From Deltaproteobacteria bacterium (GTDB lineage: Bacteria > Myxococcota > Myxococcia > Myxococcales > 40CM-4-68-19): a stretch of DNA of 64,000 nt. A program made the translations under genes and the position numbers. Shown here piece by piece: positions 1 to 12,402 of the stretch. The notes under the pieces are model-generated. The model ran no database searches. It was not told the DNA's origin and saw only the letters and a program-made list of their open reading frames with translations. The number at the start of each line of letters is the position of its first letter. Positions within the stretch are counted from its first letter, which is position 1. The DNA is taken from positions 1,805 through 65,804 of the forward strand of contig VBLC01000044.1 of the NCBI GenBank assembly GCA_005879315.1, in the 5' to 3' direction.

Positions 1-389
1 TCGATCATCCGCCGCCCGAAGGCCGAGGTGCAGTGGAACGTGCCGTTCAAGACGATCTCCACCACCGTCCGGAATGCGTTGGGGCTCAAATCTTCGCTGG
101 CGGCGAGGAAGTTGCCCGCCGCGTTGTTCACCAGCCCGTCGACGCGCGGCAGCCTCGCCGCTACCTCCGCCACCTGCGCGGGGTCGCGCACGTCGCAGGA
201 GTACCCGCTCGCGCTCCCGCCGGCGGCGGCGATCTGCGCGACCACCGCGTCGAGCTTTTCCTTGCGCCGGCCGATCACCACCGGGTGCGCGCCCAACTCG
301 GCGAAGCGGCGCGCCATCTCTGCCCCCAGCCCGCTGCCCCCGCCTGTCACGACGATGACACGGTCCTTCAAGAGTCCCGCTTGGAACAT
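1..389 (-). CDS. short-chain dehydrogenase/reductase (SDR), N-terminal 129 codons; gene runs off the window start
   Basis: Own reverse-complement translation from ATG at 389: MFQAGLLKDRVIVVTGGGSGLGAEMARRFAELGAHPVVIGRRKEKLDAV...VDGLVNNAAGNF. It has the TGxxxGxG Rossmann motif and the NNAG motif, with GGGAGG 6 nt upstream. Absent from the ORF track because it is open at the edge. Confidence 0.8.
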   Translation of the reverse strand, partial: MFQAGLLKDRVIVVTGGGSGLGAEMARRFAELGAHPVVIGRRKEKLDAVVAQIAAAGGSASGYSCDVRDPAQVAEVAARLPRVDGLVNNAAGNFLAASEDLSPNAFRTVVEIVLNGTFHCTSAFGRRMI

Positions 390-502
390 CGGCATCCTCC
401 CGGTAGAAGGAGGCGCACAATGCAAGCACGCAAGGAATCGATCAAGCCTGGCGCGGCCTTCGTCGAGGCGCGCGTCGAATCCGCGCGCTGGGTCATCCTC
501 CG

Positions 503-2026
503 ATGATCTTCGCCCTGTTGCTTCTCGCCGCCTCCGCGCCGCAGAAGGGGAGGCTGGTGGTGGTGGCGGTGATCGATCAGCTCCGCTACCAGGACGTGCT
601 CTGGCTTGCGCCCGAGCTCGGCTCGCGGGGCTTCGCCGGTCTGGGAACGCCGGCGCCGATGCGCTACGACACGGTCGTCACCGAGACGGCCGCCGATCAC
701 GCCGTGCTCTCGACCGGCGCCTACGCCGACATGAACGGCGTCGTCGGCAACCGCTTCTATGTCGAAGGAGCGCGCCGCGAGCTGGTCGAGGATCCCTCTT
801 GCCCGGTGTGGGGCGCGCCGCAGATCGGCCGCAGCTCGGCGATGCTCCGCGTCCCGACCGTGGGCGATGCCTTCAAGCTCGGAACCGACGGCGCGGGCCG
901 CGTCGTCTCGGTCGCCGTCAAGGATCGCAGCGCGCTGTTTCTCGCCGGCGCCTCCGCCGACCTCGCCGTCTGGTTCGAGCTGGAGACGGGCGAAATGGCC
1001 TCGACCACCTGCTACGCGCCGGGCCCGCCGCCCTGGCTGCCGCAGCACGTGCTCGTCGACTGGAAGGACTGGGTGTGGACGATGTCGCGGCCCGACGCCA
1101 TCGCGCGGCTGGTGCCGCAGGCGCGCAACGAGGGATCGCGGCCGGCGAACGACGTCGGCGCGGAATTTCCTCATCCGGTGGGCAACGGCAAGATCGACAA
1201 GCGGCTCGCGCTGGCGGCGCGCAATTCGCCCGCTGCATCGACCTCGGCGCTGCGCACCGCGAGCGCGGCCGTCAAGGCGATGGCGCTGGGCGAGAGCAAC
1301 ACCACCGACCTGCTGTTCGTCGCGCTCTCTTCCGTCGACGGCGTCGGCCACCAGTTCGGGACGCTGACGCGCGAGCGGGTCGACACCATCCTCCGCACCC
1401 ATGACGAGCTGGGCGCTTTTCTCTCCGGGCTGCGCGCGCGGCTGGGCAAGAGGCTTTCGGTCTTGCTCACCTCCGATCACGGCCTCAATCCGACGGCGTC
1501 GGATGAGCGGCGCCTGCGGGTCGGGCAGGGCGGCACCATCGACCTGGACGGGCTCATTCAAAAATTGAACCGCGCTCTCGACGAGCAGATCGGCCTGCGC
1601 CGCGAAGGCTGGGTCCTGGCCATCGACGGCAGCCAGCTCTGGCTGCGGTCGCCGTTTCCCCCGAAGGCGGTGCAGGCCGCGGTCGAGGTGCTGCGCCGCG
1701 AGCCGGGGCTGTGGAAGGTGATCCCGGCCGACGAGATCGACGCCGCGGAGAGCTTCGTCCGCCACTCCTGGTTCGCCGGTCGCAGCGGTCAGGCGATGCT
1801 GGTGACGCGGCCTCTCTGGACGATGAAGAAGGCGGCCGACGCCGCGGACCACGGCTCCCCCTGGAACGACGACGCGCTCGTGCCGGTGTCGCTCCAGGCG
1901 CCCGGCTTCCGGCTGCGCCGCAATGGAGTGATCCGCGCCACGCAGATTGCGCCGGCGATCGCGGCGCTGCTCGACGCTGCTCCACCCGCGGCTGCGCTCG
2001 ACGACCCGGCGATCGAGCACGAGTGA
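503..2026 (+). CDS. nucleotide pyrophosphatase/phosphodiesterase (alkaline phosphatase superfamily) family protein, probably exported
   Basis: Track ORF of 507 aa with a hydrophobic N-terminus. Motifs VVVVAVIDQLRY, TETAADHAVLSTGAY..GVVGNRFY, SSVDGVGHQFG and LLTSDHGL are collinear with NPP metal-site and nucleophile motifs. Confidence 0.75.
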   Translation: MIFALLLLAASAPQKGRLVVVAVIDQLRYQDVLWLAPELGSRGFAGLGTPAPMRYDTVVTETAADHAVLSTGAYADMNGVVGNRFYVEGARRELVEDPSCPVWGAPQIGRSSAMLRVPTVGDAFKLGTDGAGRVVSVAVKDRSALFLAGASADLAVWFELETGEMASTTCYAPGPPPWLPQHVLVDWKDWVWTMSRPDAIARLVPQARNEGSRPANDVGAEFPHPVGNGKIDKRLALAARNSPAASTSALRTASAAVKAMALGESNTTDLLFVALSSVDGVGHQFGTLTRERVDTILRTHDELGAFLSGLRARLGKRLSVLLTSDHGLNPTASDERRLRVGQGGTIDLDGLIQKLNRALDEQIGLRREGWVLAIDGSQLWLRSPFPPKAVQAAVEVLRREPGLWKVIPADEIDAAESFVRHSWFAGRSGQAMLVTRPLWTMKKAADAADHGSPWNDDALVPVSLQAPGFRLRRNGVIRATQIAPAIAALLDAAPPAAALDDPAIEHE

Positions 2027-2081
2027 GCACTTTCCGAGCCAGTCGGAGGCGCTGCAAGTGAGGGCGCCCTACCTTCGAGGA

Positions 2082-3374
2082 ATGGAGCTGCCCGCGCCGG
2101 GCCTCGGCTCGCCGACGCCCTCGTACCAGGAGGAATTGTCCGCCTCCCAACTGGGCGCGATCTACAGCGCATGTCTCTTGTCGGGGCCGCTCTTGCTGGC
2201 GTTCACGCTGCTCGACCGCGCGCTGGTCCCGGAGGACTGGCTGCCGCTCCTCGCCGTGCGAGCCGTCGCTGCGCTCTCCCTGGCCGGCTGCGCGCGGGCG
2301 ACGGCGAGACCGGGCGCCGCACCTTTGCCCTTGGCGGCAGCGGCGACGGCGATCATCGCGGGGACCGTCGAGGCCGCGCTCATGCAGACGGGCGGCGCTG
2401 CGAGCCCGTATCTGTATTCGATCCTGGTCGTGCAGGCGGGAGTCTCGACGCTCTTGCCCTTGCGCACCTGGCAGGCGGTGCTGCTCAACGCCGAGGTCCT
2501 GGTCATCGCGCTGGGTCCTTTCGCGCTGCGGCCGCCGCCGCGCGAGCACTACATGACGCTGATCATCGCCTGCTCGTATCTGGGGACGATGACGGTGGTG
2601 AGCATCGTCGGCGCGAGCGCGCAGGAGCGGGTGCGCCGGCGCGAGCACCAGGCGCGCGCCGAGTTCGCCCGCCACTTCGGGCTGCTCAACCTCGGCACGC
2701 TCGCCGGCGGACTCGCCCATGAGCTGTCGAATCCGCTGAATGCGCTCGTCCTCCAGGTGGAGCTTCTCGCCCGCGAACCCGAGAGCGGCTCCAAGCGGCT
2801 GGAGAAGCTGCGCGGCAGCCTGGAGCGGATGCGCAACATCCTCGAGGCGATGCGGGGGGGCGCGCGCCTTTCGGCGGGCGAACGGCGGCTCGTCGATCTG
2901 GCGCGCGAGGCCGATCTTGCCTTCACCCTGCTCGAGTCGAAGCTGCGCAACCGGGCTGTGCGCGACTACGGCGAGGTCCCGCCCGTCTACTGCCAGCCGA
3001 CGCTACTCGGCCAGGTGCTGGTCAATCTGCTCGCCAACGCCGCCGACGCCGTGGCGGGCATGGAGCAGCCCAAAGTCGCGCTGCGGCTGCGCCGCGACGG
3101 ACAGCTCGCGCTCGTCGAAGTGGAGGACAACGGCCCGGGCGTACCCGAGGAGTTGCGCGCGAAGATCTTCCAGCCCTTCTTCAGCACCAAGGGAGATCAG
3201 GGCAACGGCCTGGGGCTGTGGATCTCTTCCGAGATCGTGCGGGTGCACGGCGGGACGCTGACGGTGCATGAGGGGAGCTGGGGCGGGGCGCTCTTCCGCG
3301 TCGCGCTGCCGATCGACGCGCGGACGCTCGAGGCGCAGGAGTCGCGCGAGGCGCCGCCGCCGCCTGGATCTTGA
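2082..3374 (+). CDS. membrane-bound sensor histidine kinase (no adjacent response regulator)
   Basis: H-box HELSNPLNAL, N-box LLANAADA, G-boxes DNGPGV and GNGLGLWIS; the N-terminal half is multi-pass hydrophobic. Start placed at ATG 2082 (GAGGA just upstream) because the earlier part of track ORF 1947..3374 overlaps the preceding gene. Confidence 0.85.
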   Translation: MELPAPGLGSPTPSYQEELSASQLGAIYSACLLSGPLLLAFTLLDRALVPEDWLPLLAVRAVAALSLAGCARATARPGAAPLPLAAAATAIIAGTVEAALMQTGGAASPYLYSILVVQAGVSTLLPLRTWQAVLLNAEVLVIALGPFALRPPPREHYMTLIIACSYLGTMTVVSIVGASAQERVRRREHQARAEFARHFGLLNLGTLAGGLAHELSNPLNALVLQVELLAREPESGSKRLEKLRGSLERMRNILEAMRGGARLSAGERRLVDLAREADLAFTLLESKLRNRAVRDYGEVPPVYCQPTLLGQVLVNLLANAADAVAGMEQPKVALRLRRDGQLALVEVEDNGPGVPEELRAKIFQPFFSTKGDQGNGLGLWISSEIVRVHGGTLTVHEGSWGGALFRVALPIDARTLEAQESREAPPPPGS

Positions 3375-3405
3375 ATCGAGGGGCAAGGCGCTCTAGCCTC
3401 GCTCG

Positions 3406-4476
3406 ATGATGCCTTCGCTGCGGGCCCATGAGCATCGCGAAACGGCGACGCGCGCCGGCCTTCTCTACGTCACCGACGGCATCGCCGGGATCCGCCGCGA
3501 GCGCAACGGCAGGGGATTCATCTTCTACGCGCCCGACGGCAGCCGCATCGACGGCGACGAGCGCAAGCGCTTCGACGCCCTCGTCATCCCGCCCGCCTGG
3601 ACCGACGTCTGGATCTGCCCCCACCCGCGCGGCCACATCCAGGTCACCGCGCGCGACGCCCGCGGCCGCAAGCAGTACCGCTACCACACGCGTTACCGCG
3701 AGGCGCGCGACAAGTCCAAGTTCCGTCGCATGCTCGAGTTCAGCGAGATCCTCCCCGAGATCCGCGAGCGGGTGGAGCGCGACCTGCGCGCGCGGGATCT
3801 GACGCGGCGGCAGGTGCTGGCCACGGTGGTGCTGCTGCTCGACAAGACGCTCATCCGGGTGGGCAACGACGAGTACGTGCGCGAGAATCGCTCTTTCGGG
3901 CTCACCACCTTGCGCGACCGTCATGTGGAGATCGAGGGGGCGAGGCTGCGCTTCTCCTTCCGCGGCAAGAGCGGAGTGAACCACCAGGTGGCGATCACCG
4001 ACCGGCGCCTGGCGCGCATCGTTCAGCGCTGCCAGGATCTGCCCGGGCAGGAGCTGTTCCAGTTCCTCGACGAGCGGGGGAAGCGTCAGACCATTTCCTC
4101 CGACGACGTCAATGCCTACCTGCGCGAGTCGACGGGACGGGACATCACCGCCAAGGACTTCCGCACCTGGGCCGGGACGATGCTGGCGGCGAAGGAGCTG
4201 ACGGCGATGGGGCCGGCGCGCAGCCGGCGCGAGGCCGACCGGAACGTCAATCGTGCCATCGATACGGTGGCCGAGCGGCTCGGCAATACCCGGGCGGTCT
4301 GCAGGAAATACTACGTGCATCCGGGTCTGGTGCGCCTGTATCTCCTCGGCCTGACGGTCTCGCTGCCCTCGCGGGCCGTGCCGCGGCAGTTCCGGCGGGA
4401 AAATCCGCCGGCGGCCCTGCGCCGCGACGAGGTGGCGGTGCTGCAGTTCCTGCAGGAGAAAGCTGCCGAGGATTAG
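3406..4476 (+). CDS. DNA topoisomerase IB (poxvirus-like bacterial type)
   Basis: 356 aa. Contains GRKQYRYH, FRGKSG, TAKDFRTW and the C-terminal NTRAVCRKYYVHP, which carries the expected catalytic Tyr context of bacterial TopIB. Confidence 0.85.
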   Translation: MMPSLRAHEHRETATRAGLLYVTDGIAGIRRERNGRGFIFYAPDGSRIDGDERKRFDALVIPPAWTDVWICPHPRGHIQVTARDARGRKQYRYHTRYREARDKSKFRRMLEFSEILPEIRERVERDLRARDLTRRQVLATVVLLLDKTLIRVGNDEYVRENRSFGLTTLRDRHVEIEGARLRFSFRGKSGVNHQVAITDRRLARIVQRCQDLPGQELFQFLDERGKRQTISSDDVNAYLRESTGRDITAKDFRTWAGTMLAAKELTAMGPARSRREADRNVNRAIDTVAERLGNTRAVCRKYYVHPGLVRLYLLGLTVSLPSRAVPRQFRRENPPAALRRDEVAVLQFLQEKAAED

Positions 4477-4562
4477 GCGCGGCCCGGACGGCTTACACCG
4501 CCCGAGGGCCGCGCACCCTCGGTCCTTGTCCGCGCTCCCCGACTCTCGCGTAACCTTTCGGC

Positions 4563-4661
4563 ATGATGCAGTTGGCAAAGTCCTGGCTGCCAACCCTGGC
4601 GATCTACGCGCTCGGCGCGATCCCGCCGGTCGTCTTCGTCTTGCTCCTCTCGGCGAGATAG
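4563..4661 (+). CDS. possible 32-aa hydrophobic micropeptide (MMQLAKSWLPTLAIYALGAIPPVVFVLLLSAR) abutting the PilZ gene
   Basis: Own translation. Third-codon positions are G/C in about 29 of 32 codons, as in real genes here. Its stop TAG (4659-4661) is followed directly by the PilZ ATG at 4662. No clear Shine-Dalgarno; below the track size cutoff. Confidence 0.3.
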   Translation: MMQLAKSWLPTLAIYALGAIPPVVFVLLLSAR

Positions 4662-5165
4662 ATGCGGCGCGTCCGCGCCAGAGGGATCGCCGCGCACGTT
4701 CGCGCGGGCGCGGCCGCGTTCACCTGTCAGGTCGAAGAAGTCTCGGACGAGGGCGCCTTCCTCCGCACCGATCGGCGCCTCGGGTTGGGGCTTTCCATCG
4801 AGGTCGACCTGGTGAAGCCGGGAGGCCGCAAGGCATTGCACACTCGCGCGCGCACGTCGCGAGTAGTGGAGAGTGGAGCCAGCGCGCAGCCCGGCATCGA
4901 AGTGCAATTCGTCTCGATCAACCCCGACGATCAACAGCGCCTCGCCGCCTGGATCGATGAGCTGAGCGGGCTTTCGGCTGCGGTCGCGCCGGCGGAGGAA
5001 GCTCCGTCCCAGGACGCGACCAGGATGATGGTCCAGGTGAAGGGACTCCTCCTGGAGATGGACGCGCTCCGCGATCAGCTGCGCGAGCGCGATGGCGAAG
5101 TCGAGGATCTTCGCCGGCAGCTCGCCACCGTCGAGCAGCTCCTCGGCCGCCGCAAGGGCGGCTAG
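4662..5165 (+). CDS. PilZ domain protein with C-terminal coiled-coil
   Basis: N-terminal RRVRAR (RxxxR) and EVSDEGAFL (D/NxSxxG-like) motifs; C-terminal heptad-like region MMVQVKGLLLEMDALRDQLRERDGEVEDLRRQL. Confidence 0.7.
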   Translation: MRRVRARGIAAHVRAGAAAFTCQVEEVSDEGAFLRTDRRLGLGLSIEVDLVKPGGRKALHTRARTSRVVESGASAQPGIEVQFVSINPDDQQRLAAWIDELSGLSAAVAPAEEAPSQDATRMMVQVKGLLLEMDALRDQLRERDGEVEDLRRQLATVEQLLGRRKGG

Positions 5166-5345
5166 ATTAGGGCCAACGCTGGTCAGTCAGCATCTTCGCC
5201 TTCGAACGAGAACGAGCACGAGCTCGACGTCGGGCACGAAAAGGAGCACGAGCTCGAGCTCGACGTCGAGCACGAAAAGCAGCACGAGCACAAGCTCGGC
5301 TCTTGATCAGCATTGCGCTTAGACTAGGCGCAATGCTGATCAATG
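5166..5345. repeat. hexamer-periodic intergenic element, copy A: 16 tandem GNNCGA-type hexamers (5204-5299), then a perfect 15-bp-stem hairpin (5304-5342)
   Basis: Read directly from the sequence. Positions 5210-5299 match 30622-30711 at 77/90 by hand alignment. The hairpin is tgatcagcattgcgc-N9-gcgcaatgctgatca. Confidence 0.8.
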
Positions 5346-5399
5346 AAGCGACGTCTAACTCGTCGGAGAGCCTAGAAGCGGGAAAGGGAAGGGGGGCGG

Positions 5400-7316
<1,917 letters not shown>

Positions 7317-7394
7317 GGAGCGCTACCTTGCTTGTAAAGGATTCGAAAAGGGGCGAGGCTTCTATCTGATCTGGCTTGATTAGACAATCGAGCG

Positions 7395-7793
7395 ATGCCG
7401 ACGGTTCGCGGCCATCATCACCTCGCCATCCAGGTCAAAGACCTGCGGGCGGCCGAGCGCTTCTATGTCGAGGCGCTGGGGTTGCCCGTCGTGCGCCGTT
7501 GGCCGCGCGAGGATGGGCCGGGGGAGCGGTCGGTCTGGCTGGGGGTGGGCGCCGGCGAAGAATTCCTCGCGCTCGAAGCCTGCGATGCCGAACGGCCGCC
7601 GGCGCCTTTTCGCGATCCGCACGGTGGCCTGCACCTGCTTGCGCTGCGCATCGACGTCGCCGACCGACCGGACTGGGAGAAGAAGCTCGAGAAGCTCGGG
7701 GTCGAGATCGTGCACCGCACGCGCTGGACGCTCTATCTGCGCGATCCCGAGGGCAACCGGATCGGGCTCTCCCACTATCCGCACGAGCCATGA
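7395..7793 (+). CDS. VOC (glyoxalase/bleomycin-resistance/dioxygenase) family protein
   Basis: 132 aa. HHLAIQVKDL...FYVEALGL and LYLRDPEGNRIGL are typical VOC fold signatures. Confidence 0.8.
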   Translation: MPTVRGHHHLAIQVKDLRAAERFYVEALGLPVVRRWPREDGPGERSVWLGVGAGEEFLALEACDAERPPAPFRDPHGGLHLLALRIDVADRPDWEKKLEKLGVEIVHRTRWTLYLRDPEGNRIGLSHYPHEP

Positions 7794-8452
7794 TGGAGTT
7801 CTTCCACCGTGCCGCCGAGGGGCCGCTCGTCCGGCGGCTGCTCGACCAAGGGATTCGCGACCCACGCGTCCTGGCCGCCTTCGAGCGCGTTCCGCGACCT
7901 TTTTTCGTCCCCGAAGAGGCGCAGGGGGAGGCCGAAGCCGACCGGCCGCTCGACATCGGCCACGGTCAGACCATCTCGCAGCCCTTCATCGTGGCGGCGA
8001 TGACGGAGGCGCTCCACCTGGAGGGGCGCGAGCGCGTTCTCGAGGTCGGCACCGGCAGCGGCTACCAGACCGCCATCCTCTGCGAGCTGCTGCCGCTCAG
8101 CACCGTCGTCCGCACCCTCGAGATCGTCCCGGAGCTCTCGGCTCGGGCAGAGAAGATTCTCGGCGAGCTGGGCTACGAAAACGTCGATTTCCGCGTCGGC
8201 GACGGCGCGCTCGGCTGGCCGGAGGCGGCGCCCTTCGACGCCATTCTCGTCGCGGCGGCGCCGTCGATCGTGCCGCCGGCGCTGCTCGAGCAGCTCGCGC
8301 CAGGCGGCAGGCTGGTCATTCCCGTGGGGCCGACGCCGGAGCATCAGGAGCTGCAGCTCTGGCGCAAGAACCCGGACGGCGGACTCGAAGTCCGGCCGCT
8401 GATGCAGGTACGTTTCGTACCCATGACCGGCGGCGCAACAGGGGTGCACTGA
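7790..8452 (+). CDS. pcm: protein-L-isoaspartate O-methyltransferase
   Basis: In-frame tail of track ORF 7376..8452 starting MMEFF. GQTISQPFIVAAMTEAL and VLEVGTGSGYQTAIL SAM motifs. ATG 7790 overlaps the upstream stop (ATGA). Confidence 0.9.
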   Translation: MMEFFHRAAEGPLVRRLLDQGIRDPRVLAAFERVPRPFFVPEEAQGEAEADRPLDIGHGQTISQPFIVAAMTEALHLEGRERVLEVGTGSGYQTAILCELLPLSTVVRTLEIVPELSARAEKILGELGYENVDFRVGDGALGWPEAAPFDAILVAAAPSIVPPALLEQLAPGGRLVIPVGPTPEHQELQLWRKNPDGGLEVRPLMQVRFVPMTGGATGVH

Positions 8453-8479
8453 GCCGCCCTTCGCTGGTACGCTCGGCGG

Positions 8480-9028
8480 ATGCGCTGCCCGGTGTGCGAG
8501 AGCGACAATCCCCGCGACGCCGCGGAATGCATCAGCTGCGGAAGAAAACTGTCGGGGAAGGCGGACGCCGTCGCCGACGGGCCGCTCCTCGAAGGTCTGG
8601 AGCAGACGCTCTACAGCGGAGGCGCGGACGCCCCGGTGCAGTTCCTGGGCGAGATCGAGCAGACCCGTCTGGTGACCAAGCCCATCGCCGTCGACGCAGA
8701 ACTGATCCCCGGCGTCGAGCGGACGCAGCTCGAGATCGATCCCGCTGCAACCTCCCTCTGGAGCGGCGGCGTCGAAGTCGATCGCGGCCGCGAGACCGAC
8801 GACGGCGTGCGCACGCTCGCGCCGCAGGACGAAGCTTGTCCTTACTGCGGCGCCGTCGCCGAGGGCGTCCTCTGCGACAACTGCGGCCGCCGCAAGACGC
8901 TCTACCTCGAGCCCGTTGCAGCCGGTGCCGGCCTGGACAGTGTGCGCTGCCCCGCCTGCCTGTCGCGGGTGCTTGCCGGGCCGCGCTGCAGCGACTGCGG
9001 CCTGCCGTTCCCCGTCACTGAAATCTGA
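8480..9028 (+). CDS. hypothetical protein with three CxxC...CxxC zinc-ribbon modules
   Basis: CPVCESDNPRDAAECISCG, CPYCGAVAEGVLCDNCG and CPACLSRVLAGPRCSDCG. Confidence 0.6.
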   Translation: MRCPVCESDNPRDAAECISCGRKLSGKADAVADGPLLEGLEQTLYSGGADAPVQFLGEIEQTRLVTKPIAVDAELIPGVERTQLEIDPAATSLWSGGVEVDRGRETDDGVRTLAPQDEACPYCGAVAEGVLCDNCGRRKTLYLEPVAAGAGLDSVRCPACLSRVLAGPRCSDCGLPFPVTEI

Positions 9029-9040
9029 CTTCCGTCAAGA

Positions 9041-9484
9041 TTGACGGGCGCCCTTTCCGCGGAGTACCACGCGCCGATGCCGCACGACCGCAGGGCCCTG
9101 GAAGAGGAGTTGGAACGTCTTGCCCGGGCCGCGCGCGTGCGCCGCTCGGTCGACGGCTTCACCCGCGCAGCAGTCGAAGGATTCTGCTGGGCGGTCGTCG
9201 CGGGCATCTGCGGCAGGCTGCTCTGGGACTCGAGCCAGCCGCCCATCTTTCTCTGGCCGATGCTCCTGCTGGACGTCTTGCTCCTCTGGGATGCCGTGCG
9301 CGGCTACCGGCGGGCGCACGCCAATCTGCGGCGCGAGCTCTTGCTCGAGGCGCGTGTGCGCGAGCTGCGCGTAGAATTGGGCATCGACCTTCCGCCGCAG
9401 GCGCGGAAGTTGGAGAGCGAGACCAGTCCTCTGCCGGGCGCAGCACCGCAGCCGAAGGGCAAGGCACTGGAGACGGGGACATGA
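9041..9484 (+). CDS. hypothetical membrane protein
   Basis: 147 aa with two hydrophobic segments (FCWAVVAGICGRLLW, IFLWPMLLLDVLLLW). Its stop overlaps the tmk start (ATGA). The start is uncertain (TTG 9041 or ATG 9077). Confidence 0.5.
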   Translation: MTGALSAEYHAPMPHDRRALEEELERLARAARVRRSVDGFTRAAVEGFCWAVVAGICGRLLWDSSQPPIFLWPMLLLDVLLLWDAVRGYRRAHANLRRELLLEARVRELRVELGIDLPPQARKLESETSPLPGAAPQPKGKALETGT

Positions 9485-10110
9485 CGGCGCCCGGTCGTTT
9501 CATCGTCTTCGAAGGGCTCGACGGCGCCGGCACCACCACGCAGTCGAAGCTCCTGGCGGAGCGGCTGCAGCAGAAAGGCCGCACCGTCCACCTCGCCCAC
9601 CAGCCCAGCGACGGGCCGGTGGGCCAGCTCATCCGCCAGATCCTCGCCGGCCGCGCCGCCACGACCCAGGCCGACGGCAAGCTGGGCATCGTCGACGAGC
9701 GCGGCATGGCGCTGCTCTTCGCTGCCGACCGCCTCGATCATCTCGCCTCGCAGATCGAGCCGCGGCTCGGGCGCGGAGAGGACGTGATCCTCGACCGCTA
9801 CACCTTGTCCTCGCTCGCCTACCAGGGCGCGAGCGTCTCGCACGAGTTCATCCTGGTGGCGAATCGCTACGCCCGGAAGCCCGATCTGACCCTCTTCCTC
9901 TACGTGCCGGCCACCGTTGCGCTCGAGCGGGTGCGCATGCGCGGCGCGAAGCTGGAGCGCTACGAGACGGCCACGCAGCTCCAGGCGATCGAGCGCGAGT
10001 ACTCGCGGCTGGTCGGCACGCTGGCGAGCGTCGTCTCCATCGACGGCACGCGCCCGGTCGCGGAAGTGTCCGATCTCTGCTACGCAGCGCTGCAGCAGCA
10101 ACTCGGTTGA
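9481..10110 (+). CDS. tmk: thymidylate kinase
   Basis: FIVFEGLDGAGTTTQ P-loop and the DRY motif region (ILDRYTLSSLAYQG). Confidence 0.9.
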   Translation: MTAPGRFIVFEGLDGAGTTTQSKLLAERLQQKGRTVHLAHQPSDGPVGQLIRQILAGRAATTQADGKLGIVDERGMALLFAADRLDHLASQIEPRLGRGEDVILDRYTLSSLAYQGASVSHEFILVANRYARKPDLTLFLYVPATVALERVRMRGAKLERYETATQLQAIEREYSRLVGTLASVVSIDGTRPVAEVSDLCYAALQQQLG

Positions 10111-10116
10111 AAAGCG

Positions 10117-11666
<1,550 letters not shown>

Positions 11667-11670
<4 letters not shown>

Positions 11671-12392
11671 GCAGCGCGGCCATCATCGTCATCGGCAACG
11701 AGATCCTCTCGGCCAAGGTGCAGGACGAGAACGGGCCCTGGCTGGCGCGCGAGCTGCGCGATCTCGGGGTGGAGCTGCGCCGGATCGAGACGGTGCCCGA
11801 CGAAGTGCCGCTCATCGTCGATGCGCTGCAGAGGTGCCTCAAGTCGGCGCGCTGGGTCTTCACCAGCGGCGGCATCGGGCCCACGCACGACGACGTGACC
11901 ATCGCGGCCGTCGCGCAAGCCTTCGGGCGCAAGCTGGTGCGCGATGAGCGAACGCTACTGCTCCTGCGCGCACGGTTCGGGTCGGAGCTCAACCCGGCGC
12001 GGATGCGGCTCGCCGAAGTTCCTGAGGGCGCGCGCGTCGAATTCCACGAAGGGTATCTCTTTCCCGTCCTCTCGCTGGAGAACGTCGTCATCCTGCCCGG
12101 CGTGCCCTCGCTCTTGCGCGAAGGCTTCACCAGGCTGCGCGAGCGGTTCCGGCAAGCGCCCATCTTCTCCCGCGCGCTCTATCTCGGGCTGGGCGAGGGG
12201 GCCGTCGCCGAGCACCTCGACGCCACCGTCGCGCGATATCCCGCCGTCGGCATCGGGAGCTATCCGCGCTTCGACGAGGCCGACCACCGCGTGAAAGTGA
12301 CCTTCGACGGCCGCGACGAAAAGGAAGTGCGCGCCGCACTGGAGCATCTGCGCGCTCTCCTACCGCGCGGGGCGATCATCCGCGAAGACTAG
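11667..12392 (+). CDS. CinA-like / molybdopterin-binding (MoCF biosynthesis) domain protein
   Basis: Tail of track ORF 11343..12392 from GTG 11667 (GTGA overlap with the upstream stop): VSSAAIIVIGNEILSAKVQDENGPWLARELRDLGV...TSGGIGPTHDDVT. Confidence 0.8.
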
Positions 12393-12402
12393 AAGCCAAC
12401 AG

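Noticed and set aside
368-2020. 550-aa minus-strand ORF; similar cases are 3181..4593, 28821..30494, 5649..7337, 9304..10839, 24540..26591, 46815..48965 and 55265..57253
   Set aside because: All are antisense to genes with strong homology signatures (NPP, TopIB, ggt, typA, tmk/EBP, M16, purH, desaturase/DprE1-like) and have Arg-rich low-complexity translations.
5204-5299. Tandem arrays considered as possible CRISPR
   Set aside because: The repeat unit is only 6 nt with no unique spacers, the arrays are under 100 nt, and no cas genes are in the window.
5092-5322. ORFs running through the hexamer-periodic elements (5092..5322 +, 30512..30772 -, 30524..30715 +)
   Set aside because: The 6-nt periodicity mimics coding. 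However, ORFs occur on both strands, the products are low complexity (STS or HEHELD/LVLVF) and there is no SD or start context. They are treated as non-coding repeats.
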